Shown piece after piece: positions 39,098-50,300 of a stretch of DNA of 64,000 nt. How positions within the stretch are numbered: position 1 is the stretch's first letter; each line of letters starts with the position of its first letter. Below the pieces are notes generated by a model, which searched no databases, was not told the origin of the DNA, and worked only from the letters and a program-made list of their open reading frames with translations. Source of the DNA: Haliotis rufescens (taxonomy: Eukaryota); contig NW_025963846.1 of assembly GCF_023055435.1 (NCBI RefSeq), positions 4,278,001 to 4,342,000 of the forward strand, given 5' to 3'. Both the position numbers and the translations under genes were made by a program.

Positions 39098-39364
39098 GAA
39101 GGGGGCACGGGTGGCCCAGTCGTCTAAGGCGCCGCGATTCACTGTGCAGAGTTGCGTCCCTTGGGCACGCAAGAACCCTATGATTGTGGGTTCGAATCCC
39201 GGTTCGCCCTAATTATGTCAGCACCATACCCGTGCTCGTGGGTTTCACCGAAGTGGTAAACGTCTGAGACCTGCATCACTTCGGGCTTTCCTCCCACATC
39301 AAGCTGACACGCTGTGATATAACTGGAATACTGTTAAAAGCGGCGTTAAACCCAACTCACTCAT
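39098..39364 (+). mobile_element. Full-length tRNA-derived SINE family D
   Basis: A box gtggcccagtcgtctaaggcg, B box gggttcgaatccc, ACTC tail, 11-bp TSD tgttgttgcaa. Confidence 0.9.
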
Positions 39365-41193
39365 TGTTGTTGCAAAATGGGTAATTATGTGCCTCAAATA
39401 AAATGACCTTTCACCCAGGATGTAGATAGTGTTAACACAATGCCTGACCATGAGTAAAACTGGTCATATCTCAGGAAGTACTAGGAAAACAAAACAAACA
39501 TAGCCTCCAAAAACAATTGCCCATATGCCAATGTTCTAGAATGTGCACACTCTGTTTCCATGATACAGTATTCAATTAATGTGGTAAAAAAGGGTATTGA
39601 GCATTTGAATCCTGGTTAGATGCATGTGCTTGGTTTGGATGAACCACCATACACAACTGCTAAAACAATACAGTGGAACTGTCCTGAATTATATGTTGAA
39701 CTTCCTTATCATGTTTGGTAGATTTGCATTTAGAAATAGTTGCTTTCAGGATTCTCAGAAACTGTCCCGGAGGAAGTAGATGGAAAACTGCAATCTGAGC
39801 TGCTGGAATTGCCTCAGAAAGATTTGCTGATTCCTTCATCATGTGTACCCATCTTACTACAACATCAGACATATGTGCGATATAAGAGAAACAGAAGCGA
39901 ACACAGACGATCCTTTCAGAAACTGGTGTGCACTGAAGTGAGCTGCTCAGCCCCTTTTTCACAACTGGCCCCTTGTTCTTGAACAAGAACTTTGCATATT
40001 GTGTCTGGTGGGTGCAGTTCAAAAAGCAGATTTCCCAAAGTTTGCAGCATCACTTGTCATATTAATGGCTTGCATTTCACAGATATGTCCCTCTTACAGT
40101 AGAGCCCGAGCACCGCTGTACCTCGAAAATTGTTCCGGTGGATGTTCTCTTGTGTGGCACAAGGTCAGACACATAAACAATTCAATAGCCGTATGAAAGG
40201 AGATGGAGGTGCAGTTGGATTGACTGAAACAGTCGAGAGTTTTCTTCTAGCGGCCCACGGAATTCAAAGACATTGTCACTATTTCATGCCTACACCGGTT
40301 CATATGCTTGGGATACGTGTCAAGTATTTCCTGAAGTCACCTATGCTTTCCCACCATCAGCAGTTTGTCGTTCTCACTGGTTTATTGGGAAGGTCAATGG
40401 CAGGCAAAATCTCTGTTCATAAATATCTCAGACAATTGACATTTCAACCCAAATAGGCAGCTCTGAGACAGCACCAATGCATATTTGGGGACAGGTGCTT
40501 GACAAACGTCCCACACTATAGAATCTTGTAGTCAGGGGTCGGGAGTTGACATGCAGTAATACATAGATACCCAAGTGGACAGCACTTGGTCAGGCACAAA
40601 GAAGTTTTATAAACTAACACTACACCTGTAAGAAGTCTTGCAAATCTTTGTAAACTTTACACTGCCTTTCTTGAGTACAGTGCTATGTGATACTTTGAAG
40701 GAAAGTGTTCACTGTAAGTGAATTATAGAACCGTAAACACATACACTGAACCGATATTCCTGGCCCTACTTAAGTAGGAAGTAAGTTAATGCCATAGGTT
40801 CATGACAATAATGTCAATAATACTTTTACATACATTCTATGATGTGTTGAGATAGATATAGATTGATATCATTAGAGATTTCAGCCATGCTGGCGGTCAT
40901 CTTGGATTTTCTACCTCTAGGGGGCGCTGCAAACTATATTTGAATTATATACAGCTCTGGTACAATTCATTCCGCATGCATTACTATAGATATATGTATA
41001 AATGGATCAGATAAGTATGATATATTGAGTATATATTGAAACCATTAGAGAGTTCAGCCATGTTGGCGGCCATCTTGGATTTTCTACCACGAGGGGGCTC
41101 TGCTGAGGTGGGATCCACATCCAAAAGTTTTCGGAATGGTTAAATGTATAAGTGTGCAAAGTTTGGTGCTTTTTAAACTTAACCGCCCCACTA

Positions 41194-43205
41194 TTACACA
41201 GTACATGGGCGATATCTTAAGGTATAAACTCGATATCACCAATCAAGGGAACAGGCGACGGTACCGTCGAAACAATTGAAATGCAAGTTATGAAACACAA
41301 ATTATGAAACACACGTGGTGTCTTTTTGGTCGTTTGAAATGACATATGTTCATCCATCATTGAATGGGTATTGCAACAGGGCCTAAATGTAGATTGATTG
41401 TGTCGCATGAGTGACACGTGGTCCAGTATTCAGGGCACAGGTCAGAAATCAGGCGACTTAAGCAACGCTTGCGAGTTGGTGGAGGGCAGATAGTTGACCG
41501 GGCGCAAGCTCCTGAGAGTTTCCAGAGCTTCGGTACTGCCCCACACATATTACATATGGTATCTTCGTAGGCAATTGACGTTTTTCAAAATATGCTTCTC
41601 TTCACCCAGCAGAAAATGGGTACTCGGTAGGATGAGATGTGCGCCAGGATGAGAAATATCACATTCATTAGTATTGTTACAAAACAATACCAATGAATGT
41701 TTGCTTCAAGTTGAATTATTGTGACACACTCAATATGTACACCACAACAGTCTTCATTCAGAAAGTGTGCTTCTAGCAGAGATTTCTTGCGGCTATGGAA
41801 AGAGTTGTGTCGCCTTTATTTCAAGATCATTCATAAACATTGAAAGCAGTAGTGGTGATATTTCTCACCCTGACGCACACCAGTCTCATGTGAGAAATAA
41901 AGCATGGGATTGTAAACAATGCTTTTTATTGTTTGATAAATACAATTGATTTGATTTTTAAAGTCTAGCTGTTATTGCTTTCCATTGTTCAATTATAATA
42001 TACTCTGATTCGAGAAATCTGCCCCCTTTTAGTGTAAAACTAAATGTCCTTTCAGAATAGTAACGAGTGATTGAGGTCACATGTTAATTCAAAATGAATA
42101 CACACAGATCATTGCATGCATACCTACTTACTGTCTACAAATGATAATGCATGTCGACAATCATTCAATACCCATTCAGGTAAGGAGGTCACATGAACAT
42201 CTTAAAGCGTCAGACCTGTATGCCCAACTGAACAGGGGGAACTGTATGCCAAACGGAACAGGAGTAGAATACTGTAGAAATTTAAGGGTTTGATATGAGC
42301 CCAACGGGGAGTGACATGAGCCTCGGCGGCAAGAACTCTAGAGTAGTTTGGACTTAGGCTTTAATCACTCACTCTGGAGTGAATTTTTAAGGGATTGATT
42401 TGAGCTTGCTGCACTGTCCCTGTGCGACGAGAGAGAGTGCTCATTTGTGCGACACTGTGGTTAATTTTATCATGTTTGAAAGTTGTTGTGATCAAGTGCT
42501 TGTGCAGTGACAACATCTGATAATGTTCCAATTGGCCATTGCTTTTATATTCATTGATATGTAGGCTATCAATAGATAGCTGTATTCACACGTACGTTTA
42601 TCCGAGAAAGGGCGTGTTAATGAAATTAGATACCTGAATGTAATGGTATTGTGAACAATCAGAATCAATCTTCAGTGCCATGGTAGAATGGTAGAATGTG
42701 TTCTAAGATGTCATTTGCAGCAAACAATTCAAGCTGCCTATGATGCACGAGAAGGTTAACCTCACATCATTACCATCTCATCCCGTCCAGTACCCATTCG
42801 CTGCTGGGTGAAGAGAGGCATATTTCGAAAAACGTCCATTGCCTACGAAGACACCATATGTAACACGTGTGGTGAAAGGATATAAGCTCTGGAAACTCTC
42901 AGAAGCTTGCGCCCAGTTCATCCATCAACCTTCTCACCACCATCTCTCAAGAGTTCTTTAAGTCGCCTGATTTCTGACCTGTGCCCTGAATACTGGACCA
43001 CGTGTCACTCATGCGACAAAACCCATCTACATTTAGGCCCTGTTGCAATACCCATTCAATGATGGATGAACAGATGTCATTTCAAACGACCAAAAAGACA
43101 CCACGTGTGTTTCATAATTTGTGTTTCGACGGTACCGTCGCCTGTTCACTTGATTGGAGATATCGTGTTTATACCTTAAGATATCGCCCATGTACTGTGT
43201 AATGA
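41194..43205. repeat. Centre of the B/C inverted duplication: arms 41194-41640 and 42770-43205, spacer ~1.1 kb
   Basis: The arms are reverse complements (ORFs 41217-41417 minus and 43002-43202 plus are near-identical). Confidence 0.9.
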
Positions 43206-43548
43206 GACAGATTCAGGATCTCCGACACAAGTGACATCTGATGAACACAATGACCAGAGTAAAACCAATCTTTATACACATTTTATTCACAACTGCCAAT
43301 GGTATATCTGCAAAGAAAAGATTTATATCGAATTAAACATTTGAATAAATATTCATTAGTGGCGTTTTATACTTTTAAATTCCATAACACCATCATACAA
43401 GCACAATATAATTTCTTCCACATTCTGATTATAATTTCATTTCCCGTATTTATCTAACATCTAATCTAATCTAATGACATAATACCATTATAATGGATGT
43501 AGGCACGGCTGTAGGTAAAATTATTTTTAGTATTCTGACTGAGCATTA

Positions 43549-44171
43549 CACCGTAGAAAATGTGTTTAGATCCTAAACACAAACTTAAACATGTTCCTTG
43601 TCCCATAATTTTGATATGTTTAGGTCTTTACGTGTGTAGGATTGAGTTAAACAGCGAAACGTGTATAGGGTCTAAATGTGTATACCTCCCTTGAAATTCA
43701 TTGTAGGTAATTAAAAGAGGTGATCTCTCCATGTTTTTATTAACGTTTAATGGGGATACAGAGGTACATTTGTATATCAGCATTGTACCAAGTTCTGTGG
43801 ACGCCCTGGTGGTATATGTGTTATGCAAGTGTCTGTAAACCTGATCTGCACTTCTAATTTCAATATGAATGTATAATAATATACATCTTATCTATATTTG
43901 TTTTATTGCCTAATAATATGATCTTTATTGAAACAGGTTTAAAATTCGAAACATGTTTTCACTTTGAAATTCGAAATATGTTTCAAGTCTAAAAATGTAG
44001 GTGGTGTTTAGCCTGAGGCGGTAGCTCATTTCATGTATGTAGACCTAAATACGTTTACGTAGAACACACCACATGTGTATTCCGTGTAGGATTTAAACAC
44101 ATTCCTAATCATGTTAAGATCTTGACATGTCTGTTGTCCGTTTTTATGTTCTAAACACAGTTTTTACAGTG
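43549..44171. mobile_element. Non-autonomous DNA transposon, CAC(T)GTA termini, TA TSD
   Basis: caccgtagaaaatgtgtttaga...tctaaacacagtttttacagtg; empty site in the gene B arm (~37400). Confidence 0.8.
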
Positions 44172-44444
44172 TATAATTGCAGATTCATGATGATTGGCTA
44201 GTTCGTCCAAAGTGTTCTCATCGTCACGATATGGCTTAAAAAATTGCCGATGTGACGTTAAATATTAAATATCAACTCACTCACTCCAAATTGTTCTATG
44301 GTCTTCATTGTTAGTGAGGAGACCCCTAGCAAAGTGACGTCACATGAATGCAAGCAACCGATGATGATGTCATATTGATCATGACATCACAACCGATTTT
44401 ATGCGCCGTCGTTCTAATAATAAACCAACTACGTTGTTCAGCGC

Positions 44445-44615
44445 CAATATTCCAGCTATATGACGGAGGTAAATGACGGAGGCCAGACAATCCAGTGATT
44501 GATATCATGAGCATCAATTCACGCAAATGGGATACGATGACATGCATGAACCAAGTCAGAGAGCCTGACCACCCGATCCCGTTAGTCCTATCCTACCCCG
44601 GATCTTCAGGGGTCA
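44445..44615 (-). mobile_element. Family B retroposon, internally deleted
   Basis: Similarity to the family B consensus. Confidence 0.75.
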
Positions 44616-44758
44616 ACTACGCTTGAGATGAGGAAAGCCATTATTCACATGTTTTCATTAAAAAAAAGACTATGGGTAGTGCAGGAAGTAACCCACTTGC
44701 CAGGAGTTATTTACTGTGCCCCGTGAATTAATACTGAAAAGGCTCCTTACATACTTAA

Positions 44759-45173
44759 CATTCGTCACCACTCGCCCCTTTCCGTAACCTGCAAGAAGAC
44801 TCGTCCTCCTATCGATGAATATTATGTGCGAAAATACGACAAACCAATCAGAATGCGCATATGATTTCAAGTTCTTCGTCAAAGAATCCCTCAGAAATAA
44901 TTTTTGAATTTACATATGTCTTGCATCTAAAAATATACCAAAGACACAGTTAAATGTGTTCAATCATACTGTATAATTCCGCACGCCCCGGTGAGCTTTA
45001 AATTGCATCTGAAATAATGTGGGAAATCTGGGGAAAATATGTGAACCATGTGTGACAGTTGTTTTAGGTATGCCCGTTTGCGCTAAGACGGAACCCGGTC
45101 GCAAAAATGGCCACAAGAGGGGCAGGAGCCGCTATTCGGCTTGTCCCGGAATAACACGAGTTGGTCACGAATG
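44759..45173. mobile_element. MITE with CATT...AATG TIRs and 10-bp TSD
   Basis: TIR cattcgtcaccactcg / cgagttggtcacgaatg; TSD acatacttaa; second copy at 59251-59702. Confidence 0.85.
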
Positions 45174-45794
45174 ACATACTTAATTCACTCGGGACAGAAA
45201 ATTCGTAATTCCTCCTAACTTGTAAGTTGTTTCCTAGATATACAGTGTGCCACTCAACGCGCCATACATTTGAACGAGCCAGAAACTTACGATCATGGGT
45301 TCAAACCCCATATTCGCAGTGATTGTCTTTCTATGTGTATCACTACCATAGCCGTGCTCGAGTGTTTCACTCAGTTGTTAACTACGAAAAACTGCATCTC
45401 TTGGCCGATTGCCGTCACACAACTGAGATAATATTCAGAGCAGCATTAAACCATCCTCGCTCACTCCATTGTCGAATAATATTGGTTTTCCTTGAAGGTT
45501 CACACGAAATGTCATACAAAAGATGTTTTTTTTAATGTGACCGTGCTCATATTATTATTACCAGCAATATGCAGGTGATCTTTCCATCATCGGTTTTATT
45601 GTTTCTGACCCATAGCAACTTGACGTCACATGAACGCACTGTCGCAAGCAATAGAAGATAATATATTGTTCATGACGTCACAACCGATTGACTAGTACAA
45701 AATCTCATACCAAGCATCTGTTCTCATAATATGACCTTAATATTATTACCAGTAGTATGTAGGATGCAGGAGATCTTTCCATCAGCGGGACTGT

Positions 45795-48700
45795 TCAAAC
45801 CACAACTGGAGCAGCAGTGCTGGCCATTGGGGCAGCCGTGCTGGCCATAACTGGAGCAGGTGTGCTGACCATTGGAGCAACCGTGCTGTCCATAACTGGA
45901 GCAGGTGTGCTGACAACGATGGCGCCGACAGTAGTTTTCATTTGTGACATCGCAGCCTCATGTTCCAGATGCTGAAATATGGGAAAGGATACAAAGGATT
46001 TAGGGGCTGGCAGTCCCACCCAAATCCACTTTCTTTCTATTCTAATTCATATGTTTCTATTCTTCCAAAGCGTTAGAGTCATATGGAATACACACAAAAT
46101 GATCTGTAAAAGCTTTCTTTAAGCAGGCTCGTCTAAGGTTCCTTTGCACAATGATTCTGTATTCAAATTAAGACAATAAAGATAAGAAACTGGAATTTCA
46201 AATTTCATAAAAAAACTGTTTTAATATATTTTGCATTGTGTCAGAGGTGAAGGTTTTACAGTTTAGCTGTGTGTATAAACGAGTGGAATATGATTATTAC
46301 ACGCGATGAGGACAGTAATGTCACATTGTATTCTAATTATAGAACTGTATTTGGCGCCCACGATTATGACACACGCCCTATCCCCCGATCCCACAGAGGC
46401 GCACTGGCAAATTCACTGCTCCAATGTGGCACTGCTGCAATACGCTTACAGACAAGACGTTAAAGCAACCTCCCAATTTAAGAACATGTTTGAACTGTAC
46501 AGAGACTCAGTATCCTATAATTCCGTATCGAGTTACCAGCTTGTTTCACATATTCTGTTTACCATTTTTATTGTTATATTTTGGATGTGACAACCTGTCT
46601 GTGTGTCCTTACCCTCATGAGCAGCTTATCAAAGTTGCGAGTTTGATCTTTATCAATTTCTGAAACAAAAAAATTGAAAATAATTAATCAATTGACAAAG
46701 ACATCATTCCTCTTCAAAGTCACATTCAGGAGGTTCCGGGTAGCGTTACACTGAAGAGCAATTAGTAAAAGGTTTGGGATAGCGCTCTACTAAAGAGCAA
46801 TGGGAAGAGGTTTGGGATAGCGCTATACTAAAGAGCAATGGGAAGAGGTTTGGGATAGCGCTATACAAAAGAGCAATGGGAAGAGGTTTGGGGAAGCGTT
46901 ACACTTAAGAGCAATGGGAAGAGGTTTGGGATAGCGCTATACTAAAGAGCAATGGGTAGAGGTTTGGGATAGTGGTATACTAAAGAGCAATGGGAAGAGG
47001 TTTGGGATAGCGCTATACTAAAGAGCAATGGGAAGAGGTTTGGGATAGCGCTATACTAAGAGCAATGGGAAGAGGTTTGAGATAGCGGTATACTAAAGAG
47101 CAATGGGAAGAGGTTGGTATAGCGCTATACTAAAGAGCAATGGCAAGAGGTCCCGGATACTGAAGAGTTTGTTTGCTCTTTAACGCCACACTCGGCAGTA
47201 TTCCAGCTATATGACTGCACTTTACACTGACGAGTAAAGGGTGGAAGCCGTGTCATTGTGTATAGCGCTATACTGAAGAGTAACTGCAATAGTTTCCGGG
47301 TACCGTTATACTGAAGGATAGAGGAAGGAAGTTCCGGACAGAGTAAAGAGAGCAAGCCGAATCATAGTGTTCTACTGGTGTCAATGTGACATAACAAGAG
47401 TAGGGAGATGCGCGTTAGTTCTCTTCTTAAACACAGAGGCTTTTAATTTGATGAGGTGGCAATTCTAAATCTCATTATAAGACCATGGCTAGATTAGTAG
47501 ATATTGGGTATTCCAAACAGCTGTATACATTAGTTGTGCATCATATACCTACGTGACATGAGGTCCAGGACGGGGCCGTAGCCCTTATTGTCAATGTATT
47601 GGGTGAGCGTGTCGTGTTCAGCGGCGTACATGATCTCCAGGAAGACCCGCATATCTGAATGGGAGAGATGTTCCTCCACCTTGTGCATAAGGTGAAGATC
47701 CCTAAGGAAGCTGAACAGGTCTGAGCCACTCTGTCGCTTCTGATTAACGAAAGAAAACATCTATACTTTTTTGTCCTTTTTTAAATCTAAAACAATATAT
47801 GAGTGAATTAGTTCAGTTTAAAGGCAAACTAGCCTCAAGATAATTGCCAGGCCAAGCATTTATGTGACTGCTTCCCCCCTCCCCTCCGCGCCCCCAGTGA
47901 GTGAGTGAGGTTGGTTTGAACAGTATTTCAGTAATGTCTCAGTTATGTTACATATACTTCTTTGGTATGAAAAACTTATTTTTGTCATTTAATGACTTAT
48001 TATAACCACTAAAACTTAGGTTTGTGCCCATATACTCACGACAGGTGCGGTTGTTGTTGTGCCCTGCAGGTGCTGAAAGAGATTAGTATTGACAATATCA
48101 TTGCAGATATAAATACAAATTATTTCAATGTCTTACGATCTTAATGATAGGCAGCAAAACAAGCACAACGGTACTTACAGCGGCTAGGTAACCTTCAAAG
48201 TGGGGAATGTCGTCCTTGTCCAGATCTGAGGACATATCAAACATACGGGCTACATTTCAACTTCAGCAAGATATATATCAGCGGATATCGAGCTATTATA
48301 ACATTTCGAAGACATATTTTATGGATGATATATAGGTTGTTATGAAAAGTGTCAAAGAACAACGATGGAGGTAGCTGAACACAGGTAAGATGGTCATTAT
48401 ACAAATGTGAGACACTGCCGAAAACCATAGACTATTTTAAGAACGCGTGTTCACTATAGTTTTTGGCAAGCGAAATGTGTCGGCAGATAATGAAGGCTAA
48501 TTATTCTCTGGTATTGACGTTAGATATTTTGGGAACAATTTTTCGGAATGATTTAATCAGTTTTCTAGGACTGCCGATTGTTCCTACATGAAAGAGCATA
48601 TACATGGACATAAATGTAGACATACGATCAATGAGGCCAATAATCTTGTCGAAGGTCTGGCTATTGATGAAGGTTGTGAGGGCGGCACTTCCCTGTTCGG

Positions 48701-48878
48701 CAGCCTGGATGAGTTGACTGTAGAGAAGCTGATTTTCTGGCGTCATGTGAGCGAACTCGTGGCTCTTCTGCACATCCTTCAGCCAGCCGGCGAATTTAGA
48801 AGGGTCTTTGTAGTCGTGGTGGTCGTTGGCAATGACCGCAGTCATTGCTACCAAAGTAACAATCAGGAGATTCATCAT
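45795..48878 (-). CDS. Secreted two-domain helical pro-protein, paralog C (247 aa, with mucin-like C-terminal repeats)
   Basis: Exons 48878-48626, 48225-48179, 48072-48040, 47739-47553, 46659-46613, 45971-45795; GT-AG, 744 nt in frame; close paralog of B; tail STPAPVMDSTVAPMVSTPAPVMASTAAPMASTAAPVVV*. Confidence 0.9.
46735..47340. repeat. 38-bp minisatellite (gggatagcgctatactaaagagcaatgggaagaggttt), homogenised, in a gene C intron
   Basis: Direct tandem repetition. Confidence 0.93.
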
Positions 48879-49259
48879 ACTGAAGGAGGAAAAGAGTTTC
48901 CTGTATCGCATGTGAAGTCAGTATTTGGTATTAAAAGGAATGGCTTCAAAGTGGTTAAACTGTGAGACAGGCAGGTTCGAATCCCACGTTGGTGAACTCC
49001 ATCATTGCCTTGATGTGACTGGAACATAACTCAAACCGAAATCAAAGTCAGACAGATCTAAATTGTTGACGAATGTTGTCATACAGTACGTGTTTACGTG
49101 TTTAGTTTGGGCAATGGTTGTCCTGGCGATTATTGTTTGAAAGTGTTTCGCATCCTGCAGTTGCTCACACTGGCAATGACAAGAAATCGAAAATCCTTTC
49201 GCATCACACTATCCCAGAGAGGAGAGAGGTGCATAAATCGTGCCTCATTTACCTAGTTA

Positions 49260-49760
49260 TTCTGGCCAAGAAGCTTCATGTATATCGATATATTTGATGA
49301 CCGGCTACAGTTCAATAATGATCAAATCGCCATTTCTCTTCCGCTGATTTACCCACCTGAACTAGAAATTAAAGAGACAAGTGACACCACCTGATCTGTT
49401 TCATCTTTCAATCTCTGCACGAATGTATGATAAGAAGGATGACTTCATCTTTCCAAAAGTCATCTTTCCTTAATGTCGAGCCTTTTCCAGCAGCTACAGG
49501 CCTAGGTGGCAGCGTTTTACCCCGTAGGTGTGGTAGATTGAGGTACAATCGTTTCTACGAAGATTTCAAATAGCGTCACACGACGCTTGCTCAAACGCCT
49601 TTTGATCAGGGACATAACATTCAAGGCCTCAGAGAAAGATTTCAAAATGCTTAATGCTAGACTTATGGGGAAAATATCCAAATGCCAAAGATGATGTCTG
49701 ATGCAGGTTTTTGTGACTGGTGCCTACGGTGGAATGGGGCACGCTCACCTTTTCTTATAT
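49260..49760 (+). mobile_element. Decayed Penelope-like RT fragment
   Basis: Remnants of Y.DD, IYPPELEIKET and YDKKDDFIF; similar to 23540-24375. Confidence 0.65.
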
Positions 49761-50126
49761 GTAAATGGTTTTTTCAACACTGACTGAAACAAAATGGACC
49801 AAAAAAAACCCCAAAAACAAACAATATCACATCACACAATTCTAGAGAAAAGAGGGATAATACAAAGGTATCTTCAGAGCTTAGGCTACTTCAAACATCA
49901 TCTGGCTTGTCACAATGTACTGCAGGAATGAAACTCGTACACAATATCCAATTCCTGACAGTGTTAGTTCAAACAAACTAGATTACGAACATCCAAATAA
50001 TACAGATATATTGATAGTGAATCTTCAGTAACCCCGATATATATTTTTTTCGACTTAATGTACACTACATACATACACTGAATAGTCTGCTTTTTTTAGG
50101 TAAGGAGCGTGAGAAAACAAACAGTA

Positions 50127-50300
50127 CCTGGCGTGTATCACTGCTGGGGACAAGTCTTGAACTTTCGTGACTTCAGCCTTCTTATACCCTGATAGGAAAC
50201 AGGATAGGTTTCTGGAAGGTCACCTGGTCAAACAACCCTGCTTCGTATTCTTGATACAAGGCACGTTTTTTGTTTTGATTTTATGTTTGAGCCTCTGCTA
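50127..50300 (-). promoter_or_regulatory. Putative promoter, TATA box and non-coding first exon of gene C
   Basis: Reverse-complement match to 30240-30435 (ctatcaggg.tataag...agtgatacacg.cag|gtac). Confidence 0.7.

Larger units (their letters stand above)
37737..41193. mobile_element. 3.46-kb DNA transposon with long imperfect TIRs and 3-bp TTA TSD (Academ-like, decayed)
   Basis: Ends tagtggggcggttaag...cttaaccgccccacta; TTA on both sides; empty site seen in the paralogous arm (43193-43206); subterminal aaaatccaagatggc repeats; Cys-rich coding remnants on the minus strand ~39700-40620. The superfamily call rests on TAG termini and the 3-bp TSD. Confidence 0.8.

Noticed and set aside
38682-39212. 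176-aa ORF
   Set aside because: Lies within a decayed transposon and runs into a SINE; no recognisable protein features
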